A stretch of DNA of 64,000 bases, taken from positions 494,819 through 558,818 of the forward strand of contig JBAZYN010000001.1 in NCBI GenBank assembly GCA_041659325.1, given 5' to 3'. The notes beneath the pieces were generated by a model. That model was not told the DNA's origin. It made no database searches and worked only from the letters and a program-made list of their open reading frames with translations. Source of the DNA: Candidatus Shapirobacteria bacterium (lineage in GTDB: Bacteria; Patescibacteriota; Microgenomatia; UBA12405). Made by a program: the position numbers and the translations under genes. Positions 1 through 11,856 of this stretch are shown here, piece after piece. The number at the start of each line of letters is the position of its first letter. The first letter of the stretch is position 1.

Positions 1-1
1 T

Positions 2-637
2 TCCGGCAATACTGTTTTCAATGCTCTTGACGGAGTTTCGGTCTGTATCCGTCAGGGAGAATTTGTTTCCATCACCGGACCTTCAGGATCCGGCAAATCG
101 ACTCTCATGCATATAATCGGCCTTCTTGACAACCCCACCACCGGCCAAGTCCTGCTCGAGGGGCAAGATATCTCTCACTTAAACGAAGAAGAGCTAGCCA
201 AAACCCGTAATATTACCCTTGGCTTTGTCTTTCAGCAATTCAATCTTTTACCAAAAACTTCTTCCCTGGAAAACACCACCTTGCCGCTTTTGTATTCTGA
301 CATCCCCAGATCCAAACACAGACAAATGGGGATAAACTTGCTGACAAAAGTCGGCCTGGCAGACAAGATAATCAACACTCCCGCCCAATTATCCGGTGGT
401 CAACAACAGCGGGTCGCCATCGCCCGGGCTCTGATCAACAACCCCAAAATAATTCTTGCCGATGAACCAACCGGCAATCTCGACTCAAAATCAGGTCTGG
501 AAATTATGTCCCTTTTCCGCCAACTCCACCATGAGGGCAATACCATTGTCCTGGTTACTCATGATATGGAATTGGCTCAACAAGCCCAAAGAATTATTAT
601 TATCAAAGACGGCAAAGTCACCGGCAAATCATGCTAA
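2..637 (+). CDS. ABC transporter ATP-binding protein (MacB/LolD/FtsE-like); 5' end runs off the window
   Basis: Frame is open from base 2. Walker [13 protein letters not shown] signature [15 protein letters not shown], Walker B ILADEPT, H-loop VTHD. Overlaps the downstream permease by 7 nt. Confidence 0.9.
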   Translation, partial: SGNTVFNALDGVSVCIRQGEFVSITGPSGSGKSTLMHIIGLLDNPTTGQVLLEGQDISHLNEEELAKTRNITLGFVFQQFNLLPKTSSLENTTLPLLYSDIPRSKHRQMGINLLTKVGLADKIINTPAQLSGGQQQRVAIARALINNPKIILADEPTGNLDSKSGLEIMSLFRQLHHEGNTIVLVTHDMELAQQAQRIIIIKDGKVTGKSC

Positions 638-1848
638 AACCCTCCATCAACGATCTTATCAAAAGCAGTATCCGCAGTATTTTAAAAAATAAAAGCCGGA
701 CCGTACTAACTTCCCTGGGAGTCATTATCGGCGTTACCTCCGTCATCATGCTAACCTCAATCGGCAATGGTCTAAAAATTTTTGTCAATCAACAGTTTGA
801 GGCCTTAGGAAGTAATACGATATTTGTCAGCCCGGGTAAAATTTTTAACGACGAAGGTGGCTTCAGCAACAACCGCAGCGGTCTCATCACCAACTCTTTT
901 ACCCAAAAAAATATCACCGATCTCAAACGCGGCCTTAAAACCAACATGGTCATGCCCCTCAAAACATCTTCTGTGGAAGCCAAATCAAATACCATAAAAA
1001 AAACTGTCACCATTATCGGCACCAATTACTTATATGGTCCCAACAACAATTCTTCACCATCTACCGGCAACGGCCGTTGGTTCACCAAAGAGGAAGAAGA
1101 CAAAAATAGCACTGTCGCCATTTTAGGCGCCGTCATCGCCAAAGATCTTTTCCCCAATAGCTCCGCCTTGGGGAAAAAAATTGTTCTGGGCAGTAAAAAT
1201 ATAAAAATTATCGGCGTCAACGACAATAAAGGCAGCAGTTTTGGCGGTCCGAGTGTTGACGAGTACGTTTTTCTTCCTTTTGGGATTGTCGCCGACCTAA
1301 CCGGTGATGAAAACATCCAGCAAATCATAATAAAAGCCCCAACCAAAGATCAAATAGATTCTACCAAAGAAAAAACCACCGACATTCTTTTAAAACATTT
1401 CGACAAAGATGCTTTTTCCGTCTTTGATTCTGCCCAACTTTTAAGCTCCATTAACTCCATCATCAGCACTCTGACCATTGCCCTCACCGGCATTGCCGCC
1501 ATCTCTCTGATAGTCGGTGGAATAGGCATCATGAATATAATGCTAGTTACCGTTTCCGAAAGAACCCGCGAAATTGGCCTTCGAAAAGCTATCGGTGCTT
1601 ATCCTCGTGCCATCCTGCTTCAGTTCCTTTTTGAGGCCATTATCCTATCCGGAATTGGCGGCATTGTTGGAATTATTCTTGGTTCTCTTGGAACCTTAGG
1701 CATCAACAGCTTCTTTCCGGCCAGAGTCACTCTTTCCTCAGTCGCCCTGGCTTTTGGTGTTTCCTTTATGGTTGGAATTATTTTTGGTGTTGCCCCGGCC
1801 CGCAAAGCCAGCCGGCTATCTCCGATCGAAGCCCTACGATACGAATAA
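631..1848 (+). CDS. ABC transporter permease, MacB/FtsX family
   Basis: N-terminal TM helix, large extracytoplasmic domain, C-terminal FtsX-type 3-TM bundle. Translationally coupled to the upstream ATPase. Confidence 0.8.
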   Translation: MLKPSINDLIKSSIRSILKNKSRTVLTSLGVIIGVTSVIMLTSIGNGLKIFVNQQFEALGSNTIFVSPGKIFNDEGGFSNNRSGLITNSFTQKNITDLKRGLKTNMVMPLKTSSVEAKSNTIKKTVTIIGTNYLYGPNNNSSPSTGNGRWFTKEEEDKNSTVAILGAVIAKDLFPNSSALGKKIVLGSKNIKIIGVNDNKGSSFGGPSVDEYVFLPFGIVADLTGDENIQQIIIKAPTKDQIDSTKEKTTDILLKHFDKDAFSVFDSAQLLSSINSIISTLTIALTGIAAISLIVGGIGIMNIMLVTVSERTREIGLRKAIGAYPRAILLQFLFEAIILSGIGGIVGIILGSLGTLGINSFFPARVTLSSVALAFGVSFMVGIIFGVAPARKASRLSPIEALRYE

Positions 1849-1872
1849 TCCCGTCTTTGCTATTATTAAAGG

Positions 1873-2436
1873 GTGAGACAAGAACTTAGGCATCATTTAT
1901 TACCACTCCTCGGGATTTTTATCCTGGTTTCCATCGTCTGGATAATATACAAAGTTTCCCCTATAAACTTCGTTGCACTATTCTTTGGCTTAGCTATTGG
2001 CGCCTTTGCCCTAGACACCGATCATTTCATCTATTGGTTTTTTCTCTACCCCAATCTGGACGAAAGTCAGCAGGCGAAAATATTTTTAACCAACAAAAAA
2101 TATAAAAAATTATTAAAATTGCTAGAAAATACTCACAAAAACCATACCAGTCTCGTCTTTCATCATTATTTTTTCCAGGCTATTCTTCTGCTTATTACCT
2201 TTTTTGTCTTTACCTCCACCACCAGTGTCTTTCCCAAAGCTATTTTGTTGGCTCTCAACATTCACCTTCTGGTCGACGAAATAGTTGACTTTAGAGTCGA
2301 CAAAAAGCATCTCCAGGATTGGCTTTTTGCCCGCGAAGAAAAACAACTTGCCCTCAACTCCCTAACATATTACATCGGCACTTTTGTCCTGGTAAATGTC
2401 GTATACCTTTTTATCCTGATAAATTCAAAATTATGA
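1873..2436 (+). CDS. hypothetical membrane protein
   Basis: 187-aa ORF with several hydrophobic segments; no recognisable motif. Confidence 0.5.
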   Translation: MRQELRHHLLPLLGIFILVSIVWIIYKVSPINFVALFFGLAIGAFALDTDHFIYWFFLYPNLDESQQAKIFLTNKKYKKLLKLLENTHKNHTSLVFHHYFFQAILLLITFFVFTSTTSVFPKAILLALNIHLLVDEIVDFRVDKKHLQDWLFAREEKQLALNSLTYYIGTFVLVNVVYLFILINSKL

Positions 2437-2939
2437 GTCTGTTAACCGACCTAGTTTTTTTCGAAGCAAAAAACTTCCTGCCAAAAGAACAAATAATGCT
2501 TTTAGACGACACCCAATACGTTCTAAAAATATTGCCAAAAAACCACATTAACGATTATTCTTTCCTCGTTTCTTCCATCTCAAAAGCCTACGAGGGGTAT
2601 CTGAAAAACTTCTTCTTCAATATCGGTATTATCAGTGAGGAAGAACACGCCAGCGACCGTTTCCGTGTCGGTAAAACGCTCAACCCATCACTTCGGTACA
2701 AACGCTTCTCCGTTTTCCAAAAATTGTCAGATCTCGATTCCACCGGCGAAGAGCTAGCCGAGACCCTCTGGGATGCCTGGAAATTCGGTCGTAATGAAAT
2801 ATTTCACTATTTCCCGGGAAAAATAAAGTATCTCAACCGTGAAGAAGCCGAAGACAGAATCTATTTGTTACTAAACGCCATTATCAAATCGGGCAAATTC
2901 CTAAAAGCCAACAAGCATTATTGCGACATTGTCCAATAG
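2433..2939 (+). CDS. hypothetical protein (possible HEPN-like R-x4-H motif GRNEIFHY)
   Basis: ORF from the ATG at 2433 (MSLLTDLVFF...). Predicted all-alpha. R-x4-H motif near the C-terminus. Confidence 0.45.
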   Translation: MSLLTDLVFFEAKNFLPKEQIMLLDDTQYVLKILPKNHINDYSFLVSSISKAYEGYLKNFFFNIGIISEEEHASDRFRVGKTLNPSLRYKRFSVFQKLSDLDSTGEELAETLWDAWKFGRNEIFHYFPGKIKYLNREEAEDRIYLLLNAIIKSGKFLKANKHYCDIVQ

Positions 2940-3004
2940 CCTCTCGTGTTAAAATCAAAAAGACAATTGACATTACAAATTTTTCCGTTAAGATTATTCC
3001 TATT

Positions 3005-3202
3005 ATGAAAAAAATTATCGTCAACCAGGACAAATGCATCGGCTGCAATACCTGCCCATTAATAGATCCCGAGGTATTCGCCCTTGATCAACAAACTTAC
3101 AAAGCCATCGTCATAAAACAGCCAGAAACTATCGATGAAAAAGTAGACTCCGCTGTCGCTTCCTGTCCGGTAGGCGCCATTACAATTGAAGAGCAGTTAT
3201 AA
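3005..3202 (+). CDS. small 4Fe-4S ferredoxin
   Basis: CIGCNTCPLIDP ... ASCPVGAI cysteine pattern typical of single-cluster ferredoxins. ATG at 3005. Confidence 0.6.
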   Translation: MKKIIVNQDKCIGCNTCPLIDPEVFALDQQTYKAIVIKQPETIDEKVDSAVASCPVGAITIEEQL

Positions 3203-3246
3203 ATTAAATTTCTCCGTTTTTAACGAAAATTATATATTTTAAAATT

Positions 3247-4236
3247 ATGCCCGAAACCAATAGCAACAAAAATAAATACGTCAAAGTCCCCACCGCCGGT
3301 GTTATCTTTTTCTCCCTTCTACTGGCCGGAGCTTCTTTTTACTCAGGAATTTCCTGGGCAAAGTCAAAAGGAGCCACTCCCGATACTACCACCAAAACTA
3401 CTAGCGACAATGTCTTTGCTGTCGACAAAACCGACCGCCCCGAATTAAAATTCTTTGTCATGAGTTTCTGCCCCTATGGCAATCAAATAGAAGACATCCT
3501 TCGGCCCGTGGCTGATCTTCTCGGAGACAAGGCCGACATCCGACCTCAATATATCTTTGGCAAGGTTGCAAATCTGGGCGACTACTGCAAACAAAGATCA
3601 GGCGATCCCTCGCAATGTTCAAGTTACGTTACTAGCGGCTACTTCAAAACCGAAGCCGAGTGCAAAACTACCATCGCCGCCAATGCAAAAACTTGTCTCG
3701 ACGAGAAAAACTATATCAAAGCCAGTGACGGAACCTTCTATGACTCCCTGCATGGCCGGATAGAGGCCAATCAGGATATCCGCGAAATTTGCGCCTGGAA
3801 TCAGACCCAAGACAAAAAACTCTGGTGGAATTTTGTCGACAATGTCAACAAAAGCTGTACCTCCGAAAACGCCGATACCTGTTGGGAAGAACAGGCCAAA
3901 AAAGCCGGATTTGATACCAGCAAAATCACTGAGTGCTTCAACAAAGAGGCCATCAGCCTAATAGAAAAAGAAGTTGCCGAAACCACCAAATACCAGGTCA
4001 GCGGCTCTCCCACCGTTCTCGTAAACGGCTCTCTCTTCCCGCCCGAAGCCGCCTACGCCCAAGACGGCAATGGCACCCTAAAAATCGGTGACAAGGTGGC
4101 CGAGCAGGCAAAATATCGTACTCCAAATGTTATCAAGCAGGCAGTCTGTTCCGCCTTCAAAAAAGAACCAAAAGAATGCGATACCGTCCTCAATGAACTG
4201 AGCGGTCAGGCCCCCGCCGCCGGTGGTTGCAACTAA
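3247..4236 (+). CDS. secreted Cys-rich thioredoxin-fold (DsbA-like) protein with atypical CPYG active-site position
   Basis: N-terminal TM/signal. FVMSFCPYG sits where the CxxC motif lies in DsbA. C-terminal cis-Pro loop SGSPTVLVNG is typical of the DsbA/Trx fold. Many additional cysteines. Confidence 0.55.
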   Translation: MPETNSNKNKYVKVPTAGVIFFSLLLAGASFYSGISWAKSKGATPDTTTKTTSDNVFAVDKTDRPELKFFVMSFCPYGNQIEDILRPVADLLGDKADIRPQYIFGKVANLGDYCKQRSGDPSQCSSYVTSGYFKTEAECKTTIAANAKTCLDEKNYIKASDGTFYDSLHGRIEANQDIREICAWNQTQDKKLWWNFVDNVNKSCTSENADTCWEEQAKKAGFDTSKITECFNKEAISLIEKEVAETTKYQVSGSPTVLVNGSLFPPEAAYAQDGNGTLKIGDKVAEQAKYRTPNVIKQAVCSAFKKEPKECDTVLNELSGQAPAAGGCN

Positions 4237-4242
4237 AAATCA

Positions 4243-4420
4243 CGTCATTGCGCCTGTCCTTTTACCCGCCGAGGCGGACCTATGGCGGAAAGAGTGGAAC
4301 AAGGTGTCAACCTTACGCCCGTCATTGCGAGGAGCAGTTGTTTAGGCGACGTGGCAATCTTCACGGCAAGAAATATAAAATCGCCACATTCACTTCGTTT
4401 ATTCGCGATAACGTTCAGTA
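4243..4420. repeat. MITE-like repeat family, composite/partial copy A (two CGTCATTGCG heads, CCGCC-N-GGCGG palindrome, GACGTGGCAATCTT module)
   Basis: Shares terminal and internal modules with copies at 16324, 45969, 49920, 53894 and 57290. Confidence 0.45.
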
Positions 4421-4530
4421 TCCCTCCTTTTTTTATCAAAGGAGGGATTAAGGGTAGATTTTAACTAAACAATTTCCCCTCTTTATCCCTGTCCGCCTAT
4501 GGCGGAAAAGAGGGGTTAGGGGAGATTTAA

Positions 4531-4557
4531 CCCCCTAGCTCATCGAAGGGGTTTTTT
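4531..4557 (+). terminator. rho-independent terminator (CCCCT-loop-AGGGG followed by T6)
   Basis: Stem-loop cccctagctcatcgaagggg followed by tttttt, downstream of the DsbA-like gene. Confidence 0.5.
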
Positions 4558-4860
4558 GGTAAAATATCTTATGGAGTTCCTTTTTATACGGAGAGGGTAT
4601 AAAGCTATTTGCTCCGAACACAAGAACGAATTTCCAAGACAAAACAGCCAATTCGGCATCAGGTTACCCCTCATTCCCTTGCGACCACGTAAGAATGATT
4701 TATGCCTTTGCGAACACGAAATGTGTAAAATCCGAGGGTGGGATGGGTGTACGGGTCGCGGCGTCTTCACTGAAATTTATCATGGTCAAACAAATCCAGT
4801 CGGAGTTATTGTTCCGGAGATCCCGACTGCAAAGGCACCAAGATTGGGACGCAGAGCTAT

Positions 4861-5406
4861 TTGAAAACAATGCCAACCAAACTAAATTCTCATCAGCTTC
4901 GTAAAAGTAGGGTAGGGGAGTCAAAAAAAAATCAATCCCTTATCAAACGCAACCCGATTGTCTTGGTCCTCGACAACGTTCTTGATACCTACAATATCGG
5001 TTCTTTTTTTCGGCTTGCCGATGCCATTGGCGCGCAAAAATTATGCCTTTGTGGACCGGTCGTCACTCCGCCAAACATCAAAATTCACCGTAGCTCAATT
5101 GGCACCTGGAAATGGGTTCCCTGGCAGCATTACACTTCCACCCGGGAATGCCTTGAAGAACTTAAAAAAAATGGTTATCAAATTATTGTGTGTGAACAAC
5201 ATCCCAAAAGCGTCAACTATCAACAAGCTAATTATAAATTTCCCGTCGCCATCATTGCCGGTAGTGAATCAACCGGCGTCTCAAAAGAAGCTATTACCGC
5301 CGCCGATATGATTGTCGAAATTCCAATGTACGGAATCAACATTTCCCTAAACGTTTTGGTGGCTACCTCCGTCGTCTGTTTTCACTCCCTTTCTGTCCTA
5401 AAATAA
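4861..5406 (+). CDS. SpoU/TrmH-family RNA 2'-O-methyltransferase
   Basis: SPOUT motifs: YNIGSFFRLADAIG, IIAGSESTGVS, EIPMYGINISLNV. Confidence 0.75.
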   Translation: MKTMPTKLNSHQLRKSRVGESKKNQSLIKRNPIVLVLDNVLDTYNIGSFFRLADAIGAQKLCLCGPVVTPPNIKIHRSSIGTWKWVPWQHYTSTRECLEELKKNGYQIIVCEQHPKSVNYQQANYKFPVAIIAGSESTGVSKEAITAADMIVEIPMYGINISLNVLVATSVVCFHSLSVLK

Positions 5407-5478
5407 GGGCTAATTTTGACGATATTTTTGGCTTTTTTTATAAATTTATATTGCCTATCTTAGGGCTTTATTTGCTTA

Positions 5479-5506
5479 TTGTAAAGCTATTTTAATTTGT
5501 TAGAAT
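5479..5506 (+). promoter_or_regulatory. candidate sigma70-type promoter for gyrB (TTGTAA - 16 nt - TAGAAT)
   Basis: Hexamers seen upstream of the gyrB ATG at 5530; spacing is acceptable. Confidence 0.35.
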
Positions 5507-5529
5507 GGAACTGTACGCAATAATTATCT

Positions 5530-7473
5530 ATGGCAGACACAAACAACCAATACACCGGAAAACAAATTGTCGTCCTCGAGGGGCTTGAGCCCGTCCGCAA
5601 GCGCCCGGCTATGTATATCGGTTCCACCGACGTCACCGGGCTTCATCACTGCATCACCGAAATCATCGACAATTCCATCGACGAAGCCCTGGCTGGGTTT
5701 GCCAAAAACATCTGGGTAATAATCCATCCCGACAATTCAGCTACTATCGCCGACGATGGCCGCGGTATCCCCATCGATATCATGCCCAAATACAACAAAC
5801 CGGCCCTGGAAGTCATCATGACCACTCTTCACTCCGGCGGCAAGTTCGAAGGTGCCGCCTACAAAGTTTCCGGCGGTCTCCATGGTGTCGGCGCCGCCTG
5901 CGTTAATGCTCTTTCCACACTCTACCGGGTTGAAGTCCGGCGTGATGGCAAAATTCATGCTATGGAATTTGCCCGGGGCAAAGTCAAAACCAAGCTTTCC
6001 GAAATCACCGAAACCAATGTCGCCAAGTTAAAAGAATTAATCCCTCAAAACATTTCCGGCACCACTACCACCTTCTTTCCCGACAAAGAAATTTTTAAAG
6101 ACACCCTCGAGTTTGACAACAAAACCATTATCAAATCCCTCAAAGACCGTGCTTATCTGACATCAAAAATTTATTTTCATTATTTTGACGAAAGAAACAA
6201 CACCGAACACAACTATTATTTTGAGGGCGGAATTGTCTCACTGCTACGCGAGACCAACAAAAATAAGGTCGTTGTCCACGAGCCTATTTATCTTCACAAA
6301 GCCGAAAATGATGTCGATGTTGAAGTCGCCATTCAATACAACGATACTTTCCAAGAAAATACCCCGTCATTTGTCAACATTATAAACACCCACGAGGGCG
6401 GCGCCCATCTTTCCGGGTTCAAAACCGCCCTCACCAAAGTCATCAAGGACTATGCCGCCAAAAAAGAACTGTTAAAGGGCAAAGATGACATCATTACTGG
6501 CGACGATGTCCGCGAGGGCTTAACCGCCGTTATTTCCATCAAAATGCCCAGCAAGGATCTTCAGTTCGAAGGTCAAACCAAAGGCAAATTGGGCAACAGT
6601 GAAGTCACCCCGATTGTTACCAAAATCGTCCGCGAAGAATTGGAAATGTATTTCGAAGAGCATCCCGATGTCGCCAAAGCCATCGTCGGCAAATCAATCC
6701 TGGCCATTCAAATCCGCAAAGCCGCCAAGGCCGCCAAAGATGCAATTATGCGCAAAGGGGCTTTTGATTCTCTCGGACTTCCCGGCAAACTGGCCGATTG
6801 CCAATCCCGTAAGCCCGAAGAATGTGAAATTTTTGTCGTCGAAGGAGACTCCGCCGGTGGCAGCGCCAAGCAGGGGAGAGACCGCAAGTTTCAGGCCATT
6901 CTTCCGCTTTGGGGAAAAGCCATCAACACCGAAGGTATGCGCATCGACAAAATTGTTGGTTCCGAAAAACTCAAAGATCTAATAATTGCCCTCGGCATGG
7001 GAATAGGGGAGAGCCTAAATCCCGAAAAGCTCCGTTATCACCGCATAATTCTAATGTCCGATGCCGACGTCGACGGCGCCCACATCTCAACCCTTCTTTT
7101 GACTTTTCTCTATCGCCACATGCCATATACCATCGAACACGGTCACGTCTACCTATCCATGCCACCGCTGTACCGCATCAAAACCGGAAAGGTCACAAAA
7201 TATGTCTATACCGACGAAGAAAAAGAATCCTATCTCAAAACTCTCCCCGACATCAAAGGCATAGATATCCAGCGCTTCAAAGGTTTGGGGGAAATGAACC
7301 CTCAACAGCTTTGGGACACCACCATGAACCCCGAAACCAGAATGCTGAAAAAAATAAACATCGAAGATGCTGAAAAAACCGACGAAATTTTTAGAATCTT
7401 AATGAGCGAAGATGTCCCACCCCGCAAAAAATTTATTACTTCTCATGCCCATCTGGCTACCCTTGATTTATAA
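5530..7473 (+). CDS. gyrB: DNA gyrase subunit B
   Basis: GHKL ATPase motifs, Toprim [20 protein letters not shown]-like LPLWGKAIN. Compact 647-aa form. Confidence 0.97.
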   Translation: MADTNNQYTGKQIVVLEGLEPVRKRPAMYIGSTDVTGLHHCITEIIDNSIDEALAGFAKNIWVIIHPDNSATIADDGRGIPIDIMPKYNKPALEVIMTTLHSGGKFEGAAYKVSGGLHGVGAACVNALSTLYRVEVRRDGKIHAMEFARGKVKTKLSEITETNVAKLKELIPQNISGTTTTFFPDKEIFKDTLEFDNKTIIKSLKDRAYLTSKIYFHYFDERNNTEHNYYFEGGIVSLLRETNKNKVVVHEPIYLHKAENDVDVEVAIQYNDTFQENTPSFVNIINTHEGGAHLSGFKTALTKVIKDYAAKKELLKGKDDIITGDDVREGLTAVISIKMPSKDLQFEGQTKGKLGNSEVTPIVTKIVREELEMYFEEHPDVAKAIVGKSILAIQIRKAAKAAKDAIMRKGAFDSLGLPGKLADCQSRKPEECEIFVVEGDSAGGSAKQGRDRKFQAILPLWGKAINTEGMRIDKIVGSEKLKDLIIALGMGIGESLNPEKLRYHRIILMSDADVDGAHISTLLLTFLYRHMPYTIEHGHVYLSMPPLYRIKTGKVTKYVYTDEEKESYLKTLPDIKGIDIQRFKGLGEMNPQQLWDTTMNPETRMLKKINIEDAEKTDEIFRILMSEDVPPRKKFITSHAHLATLDL

Positions 7474-7475
7474 AA

Positions 7476-10160
7476 ATGGCAAACGATATAAAAACACTAC
7501 CGACCGCTCCCCAAAATCCTATCGGTAAAATTCTCAATGTCAACATAGTTCCCGAAATGGAAAAATCGTATCTCGATTACGCCATGAGCGTTATCGTTCA
7601 GCGGGCTCTGCCCGATGTCAGAGACGGGCTAAAACCTGTTCACCGGCGCATCATCTATGCCATGGACAAAATGGGTTTATCCGCAAGCGGAAGGAACGTC
7701 AAATCAGCTGCTGTTGTCGGCGACGTCCTAAAATCCTATCACCCCCACGGCGACATGTCTGTTTATATGGCCCTGGTCCGTATGGCCCAGGATTTTTCTC
7801 TTCGCTACCCACTGGTCAAAGGCCAGGGGAATTTTGGTTCCATCGACGGGGATCCACCCGCTGCCATGAGGTACACCGAAGTCAGAATGTCCCGTCTCAC
7901 CCCGGAAATGGTCGCTGATATCGGAAAAGAAACCATTGAAATGATGGACAACTACGACGGCTCCACCAAAGAGCCCACTGTTCTTCCTTCCCGTATTCCC
8001 AATCTCCTTTTAAATGGCGCCGATGGTATCGCCGTTGGTATGGCCACCAGAATCCCACCCCACAACCTCAAAGAAATTTGTCAGGCCATCAGTCATATTC
8101 TGGACCACTGTCATCTCGAAAAAATTGAAACCCCCCTGGAAATTTCCCACATCAAGCCCAAAACAACTGAGGAGTTAGTTTTACAGCCGGTTTATCATCT
8201 TACCAACCAGCATTTTAATCTGGAAACTGCCGCCACAGTAGAGGAGTTGACTAAATATGTTCAAGGCCCGGATTTCCCCACCTCCGGAGAAATATACGGT
8301 AAAACCGGAATTATCGAAATGTACACTTCCGGTCGTGGTAAATTCGCTATCCGTGGGAAAACCGCCATCGAAGAAACAAAATCCGGAAAAATCAGAATCA
8401 TCATCACCGAGCTACCATATCAGGTAAACAAAGCCGAATTCGTAAAAAAGATAGCCGACCTGGTTCGCGACAAAAAAATTGTTGGCATCTCTGATCTCCG
8501 CGACGAATCCGACCGGCATGGTATCAGGGTGGTGGTCGAAATCAAAAAAAACGGTAAACCAAAATCGGTGCTCAACAAGCTTTTCAAGTACACTCCCCTC
8601 CAAAGCTCTTATTCCGCCAATATGTTGGCTCTGGTCGACGGCGTTCCCCAAACCCTAAATCTTCGTCAGTTTTTGCTTCTTTTCCTCCGCCATCGTGAAT
8701 CAATAGTCCGCGCCAGAACAATTTTCGATCTAAAAGGTAATTATATGAGGGCTCATATTCTGGAAGGTCTCAAAAAAGCCCTGGATATCATAGATGAGGT
8801 TATAAAAACCATCAGAGCCTCCAAGAGTACCGACGATGCCCGGGACAATCTTATTTCAAAATTTTCCTTTACCGATCTTCAGGCCAATGCTATTTTGGAA
8901 ATGCAGCTTCGCCGTCTTGCCGCTCTCGAACGGCAAAAGCTCGACGAAGAATACGACTCCATCAAAAAGCTAATAGACGAATTAACCTCTATCCTTACGG
9001 TAGAAGCAAAAATGGTTTCCGTTTTAAAAACCGAAAACGACGAAATCAGCCAAAAATATGGCGACACCAGAAAAACAAAAATTTATGTCCGGGGCTTAGA
9101 TGATTTCAGCGAGGAAGATCTGATTCCAAACGAGCCTACCATCGTCACCCTCACCAAAACCGGATATGTCAAAAGGGTTCCAAAAGACACCTACAAAACC
9201 CAACACCGCGGCGGCGTCGGTATCGTCGGCATGTCCACCAAGGCCGAGGATGAAATAGAAAACGTCATGTCCGTCGAAACTCACGACGACCTTTTATTCT
9301 TTACCAACAAAGGCCGTGTCTTTAGAATCAAAGTTTGGGATATCCCCGAAGCCAACCGTCAATCCAAAGGTCAGGCTCTGATTAATCTTATCAATACCGT
9401 TCAGGGCGAAACTGTCCAAACCGCTCTCCCACTTAGCAAAGACGAAAAAAACAAATTCATTCTTCTGGCCACCAAAAAGGGTATCGTTAAAAAAACTTCC
9501 TTAGAAAAATTCAAAAACATCCGCCAAAATGGTCTAGCCGCCATCAAGCTCGATCTAAACGATGAGCTGATTTGGGCCAAAACTACCACCGGTGGCTGTC
9601 AGGTTTTTCTCGTCACTCACGACGGCAAATGCATCCGCTTTGACGAAAAAGACACCCGTCCCATGGGCCGGCAAACCAGAGGAGTCAGGGGAATTCTTCT
9701 AAAAGAAAACGACTACCTGGTCAGCATCGGCATCATTCCCAGTACCATCACCAAGGTCGGCCAGGTCAACGGCTTCAGACATCTTTTGGTTGTCACCGAA
9801 AACGGCGTCGGCAAACGCAGCAATGTTTACCTTTATCCTCTCCAAAAACGCGGCGGAGTCGGTGTCAAAGTCGCCGCTCTCACCCCCAAAACCGGTAAAA
9901 TCGCCGCCGCCCAGGTGGTTTCCGAAATCCACAACCAGGTAATTTTGGTCTCAAAAAAGGCCATAACTATCAAGCTCCCGTTAAAAAATATTCCCACTCT
10001 AAACCGAAACACCAAGGGCGTCATCCTGATGAGGTTCAAATCAGCCGACGACAAACTTAATGCCATGACTGTTCTAGAAATTAACGACACCGACAAGGAA
10101 AATCCAGCCTCGGATAGGGCAGGGGAGTCAGCCAAGAAATCAGCAGACAAAGTGGTCTAG
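7476..10160 (+). CDS. gyrA: DNA gyrase subunit A
   Basis: [25 protein letters not shown] with active-site Tyr region; C-terminal beta-pinwheel repeats. Follows gyrB directly. Confidence 0.97.
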   Translation: MANDIKTLPTAPQNPIGKILNVNIVPEMEKSYLDYAMSVIVQRALPDVRDGLKPVHRRIIYAMDKMGLSASGRNVKSAAVVGDVLKSYHPHGDMSVYMALVRMAQDFSLRYPLVKGQGNFGSIDGDPPAAMRYTEVRMSRLTPEMVADIGKETIEMMDNYDGSTKEPTVLPSRIPNLLLNGADGIAVGMATRIPPHNLKEICQAISHILDHCHLEKIETPLEISHIKPKTTEELVLQPVYHLTNQHFNLETAATVEELTKYVQGPDFPTSGEIYGKTGIIEMYTSGRGKFAIRGKTAIEETKSGKIRIIITELPYQVNKAEFVKKIADLVRDKKIVGISDLRDESDRHGIRVVVEIKKNGKPKSVLNKLFKYTPLQSSYSANMLALVDGVPQTLNLRQFLLLFLRHRESIVRARTIFDLKGNYMRAHILEGLKKALDIIDEVIKTIRASKSTDDARDNLISKFSFTDLQANAILEMQLRRLAALERQKLDEEYDSIKKLIDELTSILTVEAKMVSVLKTENDEISQKYGDTRKTKIYVRGLDDFSEEDLIPNEPTIVTLTKTGYVKRVPKDTYKTQHRGGVGIVGMSTKAEDEIENVMSVETHDDLLFFTNKGRVFRIKVWDIPEANRQSKGQALINLINTVQGETVQTALPLSKDEKNKFILLATKKGIVKKTSLEKFKNIRQNGLAAIKLDLNDELIWAKTTTGGCQVFLVTHDGKCIRFDEKDTRPMGRQTRGVRGILLKENDYLVSIGIIPSTITKVGQVNGFRHLLVVTENGVGKRSNVYLYPLQKRGGVGVKVAALTPKTGKIAAAQVVSEIHNQVILVSKKAITIKLPLKNIPTLNRNTKGVILMRFKSADDKLNAMTVLEINDTDKENPASDRAGESAKKSADKVV

Positions 10161-10242
10161 TGATAACAGGATGCCAAAGTGTACTTTTGGCCAAAGATTG
10201 GGACATTTTGCTCACTTTACTATACACACTGGATACTAAAGA

Positions 10243-11181
10243 CTATTTCCGATTTCCGCTATGATATTTCTCGTGTACTTCCCTCAATCTTGCATCTGTT
10301 ACGTGAGTATAAATTTGAGTAGTGGCAATGTTTTTGTGGCCAAGCAATTCCTGAACCGACCGAAGATCAGCCCCGCTTCTTAGAAGATCAGTCGCCATCG
10401 AGTGCCGTAAAGTGTGGGGGGTGGCACCAACCGGTATCTTTGCCTGACGCGTAAATCTTTTTACCATATACTGAATCGCCCTCGAAGACAGCCTGGCTTT
10501 TTCTTCACTGGCCGTAATGTCCTTTCTTTTCTTCAAATTTACAAATAGCGGCCTAAACTTATCGGTCCTGCTTCTCAAATATCTCTCTAAAATCACCTTG
10601 GCCGATTGGGAAATAAAAACCAGTCTGGATCTTCCACCCTTGCCGATTATCCCAAATTCCCTGGTCTTCAAATCAATCTGATCTCGATTCAAAGCCACCA
10701 ATTCCGATACCCGCAATCCGGCCGAAAACAGCAATTCCAAAATCGCCCTGTCCCGCAACCCGGCGGGCGTAGACAACAAAGGTTGGTTAAATAGTCTGGC
10801 TATCTGCTCTCCATTCAAAAACTTCAAAGAGTGTTCGCTGTTTTTTGGGACGTCAATTTTTTCCGGCTGCATCGATTTCAAGTCATTTTTAATTGCCCAC
10901 TTCAAAAAAGCCCGCAAAACTATCACATAATATCCTTGGGTCACACTTTTCAGGTCTCCGTTTAAGCCCGGTTGTCTTGCCAAAAATAATCGAAATTTTC
11001 TTACGCTTTCAGAATTAATATCCGACAGAGTTGGGTATTCAATTTTTAGCTCCTCCCTAAAAAAGGCCTCCAGTTTCCCCAGGTAATGTTTATATTTCAC
11101 CACTGTCAGTCGCGAGCAATTTCTTTCAATTTCCAAATGTTCAATAAATCTCGTAAATAGCGTGATTAAATCATCATTCAT
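10243..11181 (-). CDS. xerC: tyrosine site-specific recombinase, XerC/XerD family
   Basis: C-terminal catalytic motifs [12 protein letters not shown] ... [15 protein letters not shown] (R-H-R-Y tetrad). Confidence 0.85.
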   Translation of the reverse strand: MNDDLITLFTRFIEHLEIERNCSRLTVVKYKHYLGKLEAFFREELKIEYPTLSDINSESVRKFRLFLARQPGLNGDLKSVTQGYYVIVLRAFLKWAIKNDLKSMQPEKIDVPKNSEHSLKFLNGEQIARLFNQPLLSTPAGLRDRAILELLFSAGLRVSELVALNRDQIDLKTREFGIIGKGGRSRLVFISQSAKVILERYLRSRTDKFRPLFVNLKKRKDITASEEKARLSSRAIQYMVKRFTRQAKIPVGATPHTLRHSMATDLLRSGADLRSVQELLGHKNIATTQIYTHVTDARLREVHEKYHSGNRK

Positions 11182-11410
11182 GACCTATCTTATCATAGCC
11201 AAGGGCATAAAAATCGATTCTAGGGCCTCTGGTGAGGCTATATATAACTTTTCCCTATTCTTAGGCCTTTTCCTACCGGTCCTCCCGATTTTTACCCTGA
11301 GGGGAGTCAATGTCCAATTTTATGCCTGACAAACCGGTTCGACCGACTGGGGCAACCGATAGGCGAAACGGGGTTATCTATTAACATTCAGTTGTCGCCA
11401 CATAACATTA

Positions 11411-11446
11411 TCTGAATAAATAATTCGTAATTCGTAATTGTTAATT
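11411..11446. repeat. tandem heptamer array (TAATTCG/TAATTGT/TAATTAT)
   Basis: Five consecutive 7-nt units; in the 680-bp intergenic region next to xer. Confidence 0.4.
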
Positions 11447-11821
11447 ATTAATTAAGTGACTCCTCCCCTCCACTTCCACTTCAGAGTACTTCGTGAAAGA
11501 TACATTCTACGAAGTTACAAATATGCCACCTACCCGCCGGGGTAGAATAAACAAATGTTTTACTCACTTCCCCATAATTTACTCTAATCATTTATTAATT
11601 CGAAATTGATAATTCTTAATTGGTTCAACCCTTCCCCTGGGCTACACCTGCCCCTCTCGTGATACATTGGCGTTTTGTAAGTTTTCCACACAGACTATAT
11701 CACTCTATATCACGGTAATTGTGAAAACTATAGGACATTATGTGAAAATTATAGGATATTATAGGACTATATATTATAGGTCTAGCACTTCCCTCCTCCC
11801 CTGCCAACCCCCTCACAAAAA

Positions 11822-11856
11822 AATTACCGATTACTGATTACAAATTACTAATTACA
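11822..11856. repeat. tandem heptamer array (GATTACT/GATTACA/AATTACT)
   Basis: 7-nt periodicity immediately 3' of the minus-strand membrane-protein gene. Confidence 0.4.

Noticed and set aside
4556-4904. ORFs 4556-4864 and 4695-4904 upstream of the SpoU methyltransferase
   Set aside because: No motif and odd composition. They overlap the promoter and leader of the next gene and the hairpin cluster following the MITE copy, so they are more likely non-coding.
6185-7373. Plus-strand alternative-frame ORFs inside gyrB (6185-6385, 6599-6982, 6909-7373) and minus-strand ORFs inside gyrA (8412-10150)
   Set aside because: They are fully embedded in high-confidence gyrase genes in other frames or on the opposite strand.
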